NCBI RefSeq assembly: GCF_009914755.1
Contig: NC_060926.1
Source of the DNA: the human T2T-CHM13v2.0 reference genome, Homo sapiens
Strand: one strand, 5' to 3'
DNA length: 64,000 bases
Shown here: positions 1-13,406 of the stretch, piece after piece
How positions within the stretch are numbered: the stretch's first letter is position 1
Layout of the letters: the number at the start of each line of letters is the position of its first letter
Position numbers and translations under genes: made by a program
Notes under the pieces: generated by a model
What the model was told of the DNA's origin: nothing
Seen by the model: only the letters and a program-made list of their open reading frames with translations
Databases searched by the model: none

Positions 1-301
1 CAGACTTTGCCATTACACAACATACTAATGTAACAAACTGCACTTGTACCTCTTAAATTTATAAAGATAAAAAATGCTTAAGATGATAACTTGTTATTTT
101 TATTTTACCACAATTAAAATAATAATAAAACTACCTAATGTACTTAATAAATTTAACAAAAGATATGTAAAAGCTCAATAATAGTAACTACAAAATACCA
201 CTTGAGATAGAATAGATTCAAATAAAAAAGAGACATCCCACAGTCATGGACTAGAAAACTCAATTTTTTAAAAATATTCATTTTTTTAAGTTAATCTATG
301 C

Positions 302-494
302 TAGGGATTGGCAAACTATGGCTCACAGATCAAATTTAGTCTGCTTCCTGTTATTATATAACCTAGAAGCTAGTATTTTTTTACATTTTTAAATGGTTGA
401 AAAGATAAAAAAACTAATAGAAACTGTATATGATCCATAAAACTTAAAACATTTACTACCATGTTCTCTTCAGAAAAAAAATTTGTCAATCCTT
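302..494 (+). mobile_element. MER58-type hAT-Charlie MITE
   Basis: Ends resemble MER58 terminal repeats: agggattggcaaactatggc ... aaaacatttactacc ... cagaaaaaaaatttgtcaatcc. Confidence 0.65.
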
Positions 495-690
495 TTCTGT
501 ACTTAGAGTCTGAAACTCTAAGCAAACTCGTCAATATAAATTAGTAGTCTATAATTTACAAGAAAACTTTTTTTGTAGAAATTGAGTAGATTCTAAAAAA
601 TATTTGGAAACAGAAAAGCCCCAGAATGCCCAAAACAATTTTTAAAAAGAAGATCAAAGGCTTCACTACTGTCTTTCCAAACTTACTGAA

Positions 691-979
691 GGCTGGGTGC
701 GGTGGCTCACACCTGTAATCCCAGCACTTTGAGAGACCGAGGTAGGGGGGGAATCACAAGGTCAGGAGTTTGAGACCAGCCTGGCCAACATGGTGAAACC
801 CCGTCTCTACTAAAAATACAAAAAATTAGCTGGGCGTGGTGGCGCACACCTGTAATTCCAGCTACTCGGGAGGCTGAGGCAGAGAATTGCTTGAACCCAG
901 AGGCAGAGGTTGCAGTGAGCAGAGATCACGCCACTGCACTCCAGCCTGGGTGACAGAGTGAGACTCCATCTCAAAAAAA
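691..979 (+). mobile_element. AluS (Sg/Sx-like), full-length dimer
   Basis: ggctgggtgcggtggctcac ... taaaaatacaaaaaattagc ... gagactccatctcaaaaaaa. Imperfect TSD aaacttactgaa / aaccttattgaa. Confidence 0.95.
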
Positions 980-2499
980 CCTTATTGAAAAGTTATAGTA
1001 ATGAAGACAATGTACTACATAAGGACAAAGAAATGGGCCATGGAATAGAACAGTGTATTTCTGAATACACGTGTTTCAGGTGTTTTTTTTTTAAGTGCTA
1101 AAATATCAATTGACATTATTTATTTCCTTGCTCTTACAATAGCAAAGTAATTCAATGGTAATGAGATAATCTCTTTTTAAAAAATGATGCTAGAACAACT
1201 AGATAAAAATATGTAAAAATAAGAACCTTTATTCTTGCATCACACCATACATAAAAATTAATTCAAAATGGATCATATACTAAAGTAGAATTAAAACTAT
1301 AAAGCTCATTTAAGAAAGCAGAATAATGTCTTCATGACCTTGATGTAAATAAAGATTGCCTAAAATGACTCAAAGTGTATTAACTGTAAATAAAAAATAA
1401 TAAATTGGAATTCAACAAAATTTAAAACTTCAACAAAATTAAAAACTTCTGCTTATTAAATACATGGTTCTGCAAGTGAAAAAGCAAGGCAAAGACTTAG
1501 AAAATATATTCATAATATATATCTGAAAAAAGAGACTTATGTTTGAAATAGAGAAATAATGTATAAAAATCAATAGTAAAAGGACAACCAATCTAATTTC
1601 AATATGAGCAAGAGATGTGAACACTTTACAAAGGAATACATAGGAATGGCCTTCAAAGTATGTGAAAAAGAACCTCAACATTGTTAGCCACCAGGGAAAT
1701 TCAAATTAGCACTACAGTGAAAAATCACTACAAAATAACTAAAATTAAAAAGCCTGCTAAAACCTAACATGGACAAGTACATGGGATAATTAGAACTATC
1801 ATAAATTGCTGGTGGTAGTATATAATGCTACAACCACTTTGGAAAAAACGTTGGCAGTTTGAGGCAATGTCAGCCATTACAGAAATCCTATTCTATGGCC
1901 CAACATTTCTACTTTTAGGTATTTACACAAGAGAAATAAAAATAAATGTTCACAAATAAATTGCCTCAGAATGTTTATTTTATGGCAGCTTCATTTACAG
2001 TAGCCAAAGTCTGGAAACAATCCAAGTGTACATCCACAGAAGAATGAGTCAAAAACTACCCTATTTTTATATAATGGAATACTGCTCATCTATATATATA
2101 TTTAGTTATATAGTTGAGTTCTCCAAGAGAGAAGTCACAAGTATATAAATAAATCTCAGAAACAATATGTTGGGTGAAAGAAACCAGGCACAAACCACAT
2201 ACTATATAATTCTATTTCTAAAAATTTCAAGAGCAAACTTACCTTTGGTTATTACATATTGGGACATTGTTTCCTGTAAGAGGTGAGAATTTACAGGAAT
2301 GAGGTATCAGGAATGTTTTTGTTTGATGGAAATACTCTATGCCTTGACTGTGGTGTTAGTTACATGGGGTATACATTACCAAAGCTTGCTGAATTATATA
2401 CTTATAACTCATTTCACCTATGCATTTCATCATTTGTATTTATAAAATGTGTTTAAATATTTTTGTGTATTTGTTTTCTATTTTATTGACCCTGATTGA

Positions 2500-3660
2500 T
2501 ATATTTAGCCACAGGGTGCCAGGTGCAGAGAGTCTTACTCATCTTTGTTTACTCAGTGCTTGAATGTAAAAATGAATGAATGTCTGTAATGAAGAAGTAA
2601 GAAGGTAGAAGAGACCAAAACAGTGAAACTGTAATTCAGATAGACAACATAAATTAAATGTTGTACTACATCTTTTTCTTGCAAATCCTCACTGCTCTTA
2701 GGACACAAACTTCTAGAAGCCAAACAAATGTCTGTAATTGAATCCAAAATACAGTGTCATCAATTTTTGAAGTTATTTTAAATTAGAAGAAAACTGTATA
2801 AAGGTCAAATATATGAATATACTATATCTATTAGTATTAATAACTGGCACATTCAAGTAGCAAAATTGAGTACTGTTATAAAAGTTGACATTTTTTTCTC
2901 TAAGCTCTACTTTTCACTCAAGATGCATATGAAATGGAAAAGTATATTGCTTACAACCTCTACCTACTGAATAGGCTGTTCACTAATTTGTTCATTCACT
3001 CATTCCCTAAGCATTTGTTTACTGAGCATCTGCTCCATGCTGGACACTTAGCTAGAAGCCAGAAAAAAAAAAACAATTCATAAGAAACAGTTCTTTCTAA
3101 AAATAAATTGACATGCTAGTTGGAGAGAAAACTCAATAAGTAAACAAATATAAAGATGGCTAATTGAGCTATAAAAGAGATAGGTATAGAGTAACATGGG
3201 TTTTTGCCATTTCTTTTGGGGAAAAGTCTATATATATATAAAGACAGGGTGGTCAACTCCACCAGACATCTCTACCAGTGGCAAGTTTCTTCATTGTTCA
3301 CCTCTTGTTCTCATTCCCCAATCTCAGAATTTTACTCCAGTTGTGTTCCCTATCTGGAAAGTTCTTTCTCCATCCCTCCCTACCATATCTAGATACCTTC
3401 TTTTGAAAAAGACCCAGTCCAGGTTCCGCTAAACACCTTTGATTCATATCTCTCTCTTCTGCATCCCTGTGGCTCTCCTGTGGTTCCATGTCCTTTCTCT
3501 ACTTGCTCCATGTGAGGTTGTCTGTGCTGCATTGATGTTTTAAGCTCCTATGAGAACAGAGACACATCTCAGACTCAGTGCCTGCTAGCAGCATTGAACC
3601 ATGGTTGCCACATAGCAGATGCTAAAAAGCAGAAGTTGGTTTCATTAATGATAATTGTTG
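2500..3660. mobile_element. L2 fragments on both strands
   Basis: L2 3'-end motifs: aatgaatgaatg (~2575, +), ttcattcactcattc...actgagcatctgct (~2990, -), taagctcctatgagaacagagac...cacatagcagatgct (~3540-3625, +). Confidence 0.55.
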
Positions 3661-4234
3661 AGTGCATCCTGCACAAAACACTGATTTTTTTTCTTGCTGA
3701 AGGGGCTTGAAAATATTTGGAATCCAGACTCTCTTGACCCAGTCTCCCTTCCTGTATCCACACACATTCTATTTCAGCATAGCTGCTGCAACTTTCACAC
3801 AAGCAGCAGCCATGGTGTGGAAATTCTCTATGCAGCAAGTGTGCGGATGTGGAAAGTCTGTAAAATACAGTATTATATCACCAATGGCCACTTCTGGACT
3901 TTTTTGTTGCAGCAATTTGCAAATGTGTCGGTGTGACTGAGGTGACTCATGAGGGGTTGGCTGGAAGGTCAAATACAAAAACTTTCCAGATATCTCCACA
4001 AAAGTGAAACAGGCCTGTGTCTCCTTGGGAAAAACTTTTCCCCCAGTAATGGAGTGGGGATAGCTACAGAATATAACAGGGCTGTTTTTGCATAGGTCTA
4101 AAAGTTCTGGGTGCACTTTGGTCCCTGGCCAACAGTCTGGGGTGAAAATTGGCATGCCACCTGAGAAAGGCAAAATGACGATGCCTGATGGCTGGGAGCA
4201 AAGGGTCACCAGCCACATTTCAGAACAAGGGTTC

Positions 4235-4372
4235 TAGCTGTGGTTGTTAGCTCTGACTGCACGTAAGACTCAGACACATTGAATCAGAATCCCCAGGAGT
4301 GGGACTCGGTATTAGCAATTTTTAGAACTCCTTGGGTGCTTTCAATGTGCAACCAAATTTAAAAACACTGAG
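4235..4372. mobile_element. MER5A hAT MITE
   Basis: tgaatcagaatccccaggagtggga...ggtgctttcaatgtgcaaccaaatttaaaaacactg resembles MER5A. Confidence 0.6.
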
Positions 4373-4439
4373 TAAAGTGATAGGAGGTAGTCCAGGGCTT
4401 TTGACAGCTTAATTACCCAGCGAGAGCTTCAAAACTGCT

Positions 4440-4920
4440 TGTGATGATTAATTTTGTATATCATCTTGACTGGACTAAGAGGTGCCCAGATATTTGGTCA
4501 AACATTATTCTGGGTGGGTCTGTGAGGGTGTTTCTAAATGAGATGAACATGTGAACCCGTAGACTGGGTAAAGCAGATTGTCCTCTCCAGTGTGGGTGGC
4601 CACACCCAATCCCCTGAAGGCATGAATAGAACAAAAAGGCTGACAGCCCACTCCACAGTGAGAGTAAGAGGGAACTCCTCCTGCCTGACCATCTTCAGCT
4701 GGGACATTTTCTGCCTTTGGACTTGAACTGAAATAACTTATTGATTCTTGTTGGATCTCAAGCCTGCTGGCCTTCAGACTAGAACCACTGGCTGTCCTAG
4801 GTCTCCAGCTTGCCAACAAAAAACCTCAGGACTTTTTATTCTCCATAATCACATGAGCCAATTTCTTATAATAAATATACCCCCACCCCTCAAAACTCCT
4901 GGAAAACCCTAACTAATATA
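4440..4920 (+). mobile_element. MLT2 (ERVL) solo LTR inserted in a MER5-like remnant
   Basis: Begins tgtgatgattaatttt, contains ggtaaagcagattgtcctctcc, ends aaaccctaactaatata. 5-bp TSD ctgct/ctgca. Confidence 0.85.
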
Positions 4921-5271
4921 CTGCAGGTGCTTTAATCCCATCTCTAAGATTCAGTTTCAACTGCGAAGGTATGGTGCAAGACTTTTTAATTTTTTCTCAG
5001 GCAATTCTAATAAGGCCAGGCTTTAGAGTTTTGATACAGCTAAGTGATCTCAGACAAGTTACATAACTTTGTCTAAGGTAGTTATCACCTTGGTATTTAA
5101 GATGAGAATAACTATACTCCCTTATGAAGTTATTTCTGAAATTTGAACCATACATGGTACAGTACTCGGGACATAAATAATATGAGATAATACTCATTTT
5201 CACACATTTGTGTGCCACCAATTTGTGTGCAAAACATTTTTTCCACAGTAAATGCTCAATATTTATGTTGC

Positions 5272-5431
5272 TTTTTTTGTTTGTTTTTAAAAAAGGTCTT
5301 GCTCTGTTGCCCATACAGAGTCTTTCTCTCTATGATCATGACTCACTGCAGCCTGGACTTCCCAGGCTCAAGTGATCCTCCCACCTTAGCCCCGCAAGTG
5401 TCTGGTACTGCAGGCATGTACCACTATGCCT

Positions 5432-5462
<31 letters not shown>

Positions 5463-5500
5463 GTACAGATAGGATCTCACTATGGTTGCCCAGGCTGGTC
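5272..5500 (-). mobile_element. Truncated AluJ with expanded internal A-linker (about 28 T on +)
   Basis: actcactgcagcctggacttcccaggctcaagtgatcctcccacc (AluJ diagnostic) followed by a partial left arm. Confidence 0.85.
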
Positions 5501-6619
5501 AGTATTTATTTTGAAAGAAACTAGAAAATATTTCCAGATCACCAGTCACTTCATCCCCATCAGAATATAGTTTGAAAGCTATATATGTCTCTGATACATC
5601 ATTCTTTTAATTTGCCCCATAACAATAAATATGTACTTTCTGTCTTTGTATTAATGATGGAAGAGCTGACCCAGTACCAATGACCCGTATGCACTGGCGC
5701 AGCTAATAGGACTTGCTGAATGTTTTTGCCTGCTCCAAATTTCTTGGAGTTTATTACCTGATGTCTGGAACTGAGTGCGTAAGTAACTTTCAGTCTCAGC
5801 TTGGCTCTTTTCAGAGAAATAAGTGGTGATAGCAAACAGCTATCAACTGACACGAGACAGGATTTAATGAAACACTACTTGAATATGATTGGTCTGAATA
5901 TTAAGCTTGTATTTCTTATTCATGCTGCTATACCATCATCTGAAATTCCTTAAACAATGCGTTTAACCTTAAAACACTGCAGCGCCCATTGGCCATAAGG
6001 TCTGATTTGTATTCACCCTGTCTTTGTTTCATTGAAAACACTTAAAAATGAGCTTCTGTTGTAGGAAAGTGCTAGCATGTTCAGCTAGCCATAAATCAAT
6101 GGGTATTTGAGACAGATTATCTATAACAATTATTTTAGATTATTTAAGTATCATTTTTATTTTAAAAGATTACTTTCCATGAATTTGAAACCTCAGTAAT
6201 GGCAAATAACTCAGTCTAAACAGAAAGATGTTGCAGTTATAATTATCTGAATATGTTAACATTTAGGGAACAGTCATGCACATTACTGGCCTTTAGAAAA
6301 ATAGTATACTTCATGTAGATATTAATTAATCAATAAAACCCTAATTGGATTCTATTAAGTATTGGAAACGACATTTCAACTTAAATATTCCATGTACAAC
6401 CCTGACCCATTCCCAAGCAGCAATAAAAGCCAATTAGCATGGTATTCAAATTATGATTATGAATGTGATCACCTCCCTCATCGGCATTAATATTATAACA
6501 ATTAAAAAAAGCACAGTAAGGAATGAATCAGGCAAGTCCTCCTGCACAGTTGCCTTATTTCCTTGCTGTTGTTGAGAAATTTAATATTCCACAAAAGTGG
6601 CTTTTAAAGAATGTGAGCT

Positions 6620-7650
6620 TTGAAATTTGAAAGCCTGAGATGATTGATTCTCATTTGTTACTAATTGTGTCTGTATCTGAGACTAATGTCCCCATCTGCA
6701 AAATGGGAATGACAGCAGCCATTTGCAGGACTTTGTTAAGATTAGAATTGCTATATGTGAAGGATCCAGCAGAGGGCTAGACACACTGGAGTCATGCAGA
6801 AAGTGGCAGCTTTAGTCCAGAATACAGAGGTCTGTATTCATGGGATATTAGAAGTAAACCCTGGGCTCATCAATTCCCTCCTGCCATTTTCAGTGTGGAA
6901 ACCTATTTTACTGTGTACAAGTAGCATCTTCCAATCACTGCTTGAACACATTTATTGCTACAGAATGCATTTCCTCGTGGGGTACCACAGTTTCATTGCC
7001 AGAACAGGCAGAAATGCCCTCCTTATTGACTCCCATTGAACCAATTTTTACCATCAGCAATAATACACCTTATTGAAATGCTTTTATAGATAATTTTTTT
7101 AGGAAATATAGCCAACTGTTTGATAGCACAGGCTTTGGAGCTAAGCTGTCTGGGTTCACATCCTAGCCCCATCATTGACTAGCTGTGTGACCTTGGACCC
7201 ATTAACCTCTTGGTGGTTTAGTGTTCTCATCATTAAATGTGGATAACTCCTATCTCTTATGTTGCTGTGAATGGTAGCTATTATGGAATTCTATTCATTT
7301 CATTTTCATTTTTATATGAAATATTTCAAGCCCTCTCTTAGCAGGCTATAATGTACAAAGCCCTTTCCCAGCCTAGTGAAGCATGCCTGGATGTCTGTTT
7401 AAACACCAAAACCCCTGTTAAATTGATCATTTGATCCACAACTTTGTGCAGTGCGTTACATCTTTCCATATTCACATGATAGCAAAATTCCCTTTCTTTC
7501 CAGCATGCCAATGAGGAAACAGAGGCTTAGAAGGGTGAGGTAAGGGAACTTCCTTCTCCACAGTCACCCAGCTTGTACTAGATTGGTACAAAAGTAATTG
7601 CACCAACCTAATATGTAGAGAGCCAGAAATTACAAAAAGCCTGCAGATGC
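6620..7650. mobile_element. Cluster of MIR fragments
   Basis: MIR core motifs: ccccatctgcaaaatgggaat (~6690), ctgggttcacatcctagc...ctagctgtgtgaccttgg (~7150), atgaggaaacagaggcttagaagggtgag (~7510, -). Confidence 0.7.
7578..7611. mobile_element. Internally collapsed MADE1 (Hsmar1 mariner MITE)
   Basis: TA|ctagattggtacaaaagtaattgcaccaacctaa|TA: both mariner terminal repeat ends and a TA duplication are present. Confidence 0.75.
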
Positions 7651-8784
7651 CAGAGCTTAGGCACTTAAGAGGGCTCTGTTTTTGTTTCTGCGGCGTGAGC
7701 CACTGGTAGGCAGGGAAAGAAAGCCAGAAGGCTTGAGAGCAGAGCTGCGAGAGCCTGGGACCTTGGATTTAGGATTGGTTAGTGCAAGAAGTAACAGTGC
7801 TAACCAGATTTCATGGGCATGGCAAAATTGTTTCATCAGGTGGCACCCAGAAGGTTCAGACTTTGATGCTCAGCAGTCGGAGGAGAATTATGCTGATTTC
7901 TACTGGTAATGGCAGAACCTTCATGTGGACCTGGTGCTGTGATACAAGCCCTCAGCTGAAAACATCAGTCTTGACTGCACAGCACACAGAAGTGTAAGAC
8001 CATATTAGCCACTAAGAAAGATGAACGTAGTTCAGCAGTGATATTCTGGAAGCAATGTCTTTATGCAAAGGATAAGTTTAATAGTCAAATTTTTGGATGC
8101 AAGTGACAGTAGAATAAATTTGAGTTGGCACTGGGTCTTATGATGACCTTCAGATCATATTATATAAGTAGTCATCTCCTTTTATTATCATTACTCTTAT
8201 TACTACTATTATTATTACTCTTTTTCCTCATTGTTTTCCTCTGTTTCCTCATTGGCATGCTGGAAAGAAAGGGAATTTTGCTATCATGTGAATATGGAAA
8301 GATGTAACGCACTGCACAAAGTTGTGGATCAAATGGTCAATTTAACAGGGGTTTTGGTGTTTAAACAGCAAATAAATAAAATAAACATATTATTATTATT
8401 ATGGCTCTTAGGACTGCATGGATGGAACTGCCCAGCTGAGGCTCCCTGAATTAAGACTTGTTCCTGAACCACAACCTACTAGATAGGAACATTCTAAGAC
8501 TGGACCTCAAGGTGGTGTAAAGTGATCATTCTGCGGACCCCGAGCATTATCTTGAATTTTTTCCTTAGCATTACAAAGCCAACACACTGAGCTGAGGTAG
8601 ATCCTAAACCCAAACCTCTTATCTCCAAATTCCACTCTATTTTGGCAGCCATTTGTGTGACGTGAATTCATGTCCAAACACTGAAACTATTTTATTAAGA
8701 TACCTGAAAGTTTTCCCATATTAAGTTAAAGTTTCAATCAGTTTGTCTCACAGACTTCCTACGTTCCAAAAGAATTCTAATGAA

Positions 8785-9060
8785 AAAGGCCATCATGTGA
8801 GTGTCTGATTCCATTTATATGAAATATGCAGAAATGTCTGAAATAAGCTAATTCATAGAGACAGGAAGAAAATTAGAGGTTGCCAGGGGCTGGGAGGAGG
8901 AACAGCGAGTGACAATTTAATGGGTACAGAGTCTCCTTTTGGGGTTATGAAAACATTCTGGAACTAGACAGAGGTGATGGTTACACAACATCATGAATAT
9001 ACTAAATGTCTCTAATGGTAAGTTTTATGTTTTGCATACTTAATCTCAATTAAACATTTT
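8785..9060 (+). mobile_element. L1MB 3' end
   Basis: tgattccatttatatgaaat...ggttgccaggggctggg...aaacattctggaactagacagaggtgatggttacacaaca. Confidence 0.85.
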
Positions 9061-9139
9061 TCAAAAACATTATTTTAGGAATATTGCATCCCATGGAAGT
9101 GAGCAGGATTTTGTTGGGGGGCAAAAAGGTTGGAGATAA

Positions 9140-9970
9140 AAAACAGACCCTTGTTCTAATCCTGGCTCTCCCATTTCCTACCTCTATGACCTTGAATAAC
9201 TAGCCTGATCCCCTGAACCTAAGGGGAACATAAGCTTATCGTAGGACTGGGTAACGCAGGTCAAACACTTTGCATAGTATTTGATGTATAGTAGGTTCTT
9301 AGTAACAGTACTGGCCACATAGTCACAGTGATGCAATAGGTAAGATGATGTAGAGGGTGGTTTTATTGCAAAGAACCTTGCTGAAAATGTGCAGCAGTGA
9401 TTCCCAGAGGCCTGGTTCTAGTGTGGGCATACTAGTTCATCAAGTCTTTAATCTTTTATTTCTCCCTGAGCTGGAATTCAGTGCAAAGAATATTTTGGCA
9501 TTTCAATAAAATAAAACCAATAAGGAAAAATATTATCTACCCAAATTATTCTACTACTTCTAAGTCAGATATCAATACTCCTGCTTAAACAAAATAAGAT
9601 GTGGGATAAAAAAATAAAGTTATCATGAACAAAATATAAGGAGTTAAGCTACTTATTAATAGAAAACTATACATTCTAGAATATATGTATTCTACCAATA
9701 CTTTTTGCAGTATCTTATTTTGGCTTGATGACTGGGGCAAACACAGGTAAATTACAGCAGGTGAAAATACAGGTGATATAATTACATCCCCTAAGACATT
9801 CAGCATCTGCTATACTTCATGCATTGTCCTAAGGCAGATTATATATATTGCCACAACTCTGTGATATGGGTACTATTGTCATCACCTCATTTAAACATGA
9901 GAAAACTGAGACAATTAGAGTTAAGTGACTTCTTCATGACTATGTAAGTAGTAAGATGTACAACCAGGAC
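9140..9970. mobile_element. Two MIR fragments (about 9140-9310 on +, 9810-9970 on -)
   Basis: ttctaatcctggctct...tatgaccttgaataact; catgagaaaactgagacaattagagttaagtgact. Confidence 0.6.
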
Positions 9971-10433
9971 TATAAATTGTTTTTAGCCACCACTTTATAG
10001 CTACCTCTCTAATCCATGAATGTGTTTAGGTTTAATATTGGATCAAGGAGTTTTTAACTTGGATGTTTATAGACAGCAAATGTATTTACAGATGCTTTTT
10101 AAAACATAAAATGTAAAAAGAATTTTATATAGTGTGATGCAGTTAACTCATCCATATCCATCTGCCAAAAAAAAAAAAAAACCAGAGATGTTTTCCTTTA
10201 CATTCTGTATAAATTTCTCATTCTTTTTAATGTAGGAACTTATGAGAATTTTCTGTATGGACAGTGGAATATTGTGTTAGGCGTTTAGGGTCCCTTCCAC
10301 TGCTTTTCTCTTCTAGAGTTCTGGAGTTTTGTATCACATGAAAAACACATACAAAGATCAGAAGCCAATGGAGGAATGGAGTACCACTTTAATGATCTTG
10401 AGGAGGACCTTCAAACCTTCACAAGAGCAGATT

Positions 10434-10930
10434 GTACCAGTTAGGATGTCACTGATTTCAAGTTGCAGAATGTGCAACTCGAACTGCCCTAAATGGTGAG
10501 AGGTTAACTGTGTTATGTTACGAGTCATCCAGAGGTAGCTAGGCTATACTTGGTTTTGTGAAAAGAGGCAAAGTCTCAAAACTGTCCTTAGGGACTCATA
10601 CCTTCCTCCCTGCCTCTGCCATGCTCCTCAATATACTGTCTTTTATTGAGATGTGTCCCTTTATGGTTACAAGATGACAGCCTCACCTCCAAGCACATAT
10701 CCCAACACAATTGTGTTAAAAAAAAAAAAGCCTAAAAAGAGCAAATAAAAGGGGCTTTCTTCAAACACCTGTTTATTTTTATTTAGGAAGAATATGGTTT
10801 CCAGAAGCTTTGTAATATGACTCATTGATCAGAACTGAATTCCATGGCAACCCCTAAGTGCAAAGAAGCTGAGAGAATAAATGGCATTATCAGTTTCTAC
10901 AATAGGAAAAAGATTCAGTCAGTAAGAAGT
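10434..10930 (-). mobile_element. Highly diverged LTR (LTR33/MLT1-like)
   Basis: tgtaccagttaggatg...ttcaagttgcagaa...; ggttacaagatgacagcc; ctcattgatcagaactgaattccatggcaacccctaagtgcaaagaagctgag. Confidence 0.5.
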
Positions 10931-13406
10931 AGGAGGAAAATGGCTTTTAGGAGTCTAATCATCTGCCTTAAATGTTATAGGTCTTAGGTGTAAGTGGGTT
11001 TTTGTACTTCCTCCCCACATCTAAATCCGGAGGCCAGAATGCCTGTGAGCACCAAAAGCAGACTGGGGGAACAATATCACATGAACAAGTTGCTGCTCAC
11101 AGGGGACCTGGCAGACCAGTTTACTACCAATTCTACGCAGAGCAGAGATACAGCAGGAGAGACTGCCCTTTTGTGAGACTCTTCCCAGATCTGCTTTTCA
11201 AGAAATGACAGAAAGCACAAAAGCGCCCTTTATACCTGAGCACTAGATGTGAAAGAGGAGGTACAGAGCCTAATTTCTGACATGAGGCACAGGACACAGA
11301 TGTGCCCCACAATGGGATAGATCCAGAGAATGGTCTGGGTTCCAATCCATCAGAATCATTGTGCCTTTTCTCAGGGGAGATGGCCAAGGGATGACAAGAG
11401 AGTCTGGGAGGTTGGCAGAATAAAAAAGCTTTCTCCCTCAGAAGAGTGCTTTTGGCTGGAATCCAATCAAACTTTTGGATTGATTGATGTGGAGTGTTGG
11501 TGAGTTCTGTTGACCCTCCTCTGTACCATTTCCTGCTTTGCCCACCTCATTTACACTGGGAAAAGGACATCCATGGAAACCTTCACTGATCTTTGAAGAA
11601 AGTACCTGGTATCTGCAGATGCAAATGCTCAAAGTTCATTTTCAACTCCAGTCTCTATCCATCCATTCCTGTGGAGGCTTGCGTCGCTCATCATACTCTA
11701 AATACTGTTGGCTGCTTGCATTTTGTATGACAGTGGGGCTGTCTTCAGATTGTCTGCTTGGCTCTTTTGTTCTCTCTAGTCTAAGATTGTGATCTCTGGG
11801 TTGAGTCTCTGCAGCAACACAGGACATGTGAGGTAGGGATGAGAATGATAAGGAACTCCTCTATTTTGGAAAGAATACTTCCAGTTGACATCTGAGCAGG
11901 AAGTTAATTAATCTGTTCCCTAGAGTAGTCATAACACGTCCTCTATGACACTGTTAAGCATCGCTCCTCAGACCCCCAAATCAATAGGGGCATTATTAGT
12001 TAATCACCATTCTGCACCTAAGAACCGATGACACAAAGCTGGCAATGAATGGCAATTTTTTTCCAAGATCATAGTCTAACGGAGAATCACACACAGGTAA
12101 ATAAGTGTGATAGAGTATGAATTCAAGATTTGAACAAAGTGGAGCAGAGGCTAATGAATAATAGACCCTGTCTGAGAATTCAGAGTAGCCATCAGGTTTC
12201 CATACCCCAGGTTGATGGTGGTGACTGGGCATCCACCCAGACTTTGCTACATGGTATGAAAAACAGAAGACTGAGTAAAGCCAAGCTATAAGTTCCCAGT
12301 CTAAATTATTCCAAAGCAACATCTATGTTCCAGGAAGATGTAGATGTGGGTTCTGGTAAGGGAGGCTTATCTAAGATCCGAGTCCTGGAAGTCAGTCCCT
12401 GACACTTTTTGAGGTCTGTCTGTATGTTGACATTAACTCTGTGAGTGCGGGGGAAGGTGAGGGGATGGGGTGTGTGTGGGGGGTGTGTGTGTGGTGGAGG
12501 GTGAGGGCATGCAGGGTGTAAGGGAGCACCCTCCAAGCTGACAGGCCACTGAACACCTCTGTGAGACTCACTCCATCTCAATCTCTAGGAAATAAAACTA
12601 GTTTTAAAAGATATCTTTTCAAAAAGGCACAAACCTTTTTCCCCCAAGTTGACTGCCCATTTTCTCCTGGTTCCTCTGTATTTTGTCTTTGACGCACAAA
12701 CATGAAGCATTTTAACAAAGCCTTACTGTTGAGCATGAAGCATATTGGTGCCCTAGGAGATCCTGGGACACCTTCCACAAGCCCCCTCTATTGGAGTGAA
12801 AACTTAACATTTTACCCACATTTGGTGAAAAGGCTAGTAAAAAGGGCAACATTATCTGGAGGAACACGTGGAAAGTTCATGAAGGAAAAAAAAAAAAACA
12901 AAGAAATAAGAGCATAACCACACCTGGCGGCATATATTCGGGTGGGACTAATTTTAGGCAATACTAAAAATGTCTGGATTTTCCCTCTTTCTCTGTTCTC
13001 AAATGAGTCTAAACAGAATCAGGCTGTTTAAAACACTGAATATTGTTGTATTATAATATGTTTATGGGGGAATTATTTTCCATGTTAAATCTGTTAGTGC
13101 ATAGAACAAAGCTAAATAATAACTGTGAATCCCATAATTGCCTTTTGTGGAGGGAGACATAAAATATCACCTTATCACAGTTGTCATGTTAATGTTACAA
13201 ATGAAAAAATAATGCCTGAATTCCCTAAGCTCGTCATAAAAATACCTGACATTTGTATAGAACTTTGAAGTATTTCTTAAGTGTATTTTATGGACCAACT
13301 GCATCACAATCATCAAAGTGCTTATTGAAAACTCAGATTCCTGAGCAACTCGTTCAGCTCTCTGGAAGTGCTGTTTTGGAGTTTATATTTTACCAAGCAC
13401 TGGGTG

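Larger units (their letters stand above)
1..2450 (+). mobile_element. Old L1M fragments (L1MA/MB 3' ends at 1-130, then degenerate ORF2 and 3' UTR of an L1ME-like copy), interrupted by MER58 and Alu
   Basis: A-rich + strand with recognisable L1 motifs (cacaccatacataaaaattaattcaaaatggatcata; caaccactttggaaa; aatggaatactgctc). No intact ORF. Confidence 0.75.

Noticed and set aside
8125-8307. Poly-Leu hydrophobic ORF resembling a signal or transmembrane peptide
   Set aside because: It derives from a degenerate (TTA/CTA)n low-complexity tract, with no ATG start or splice support.
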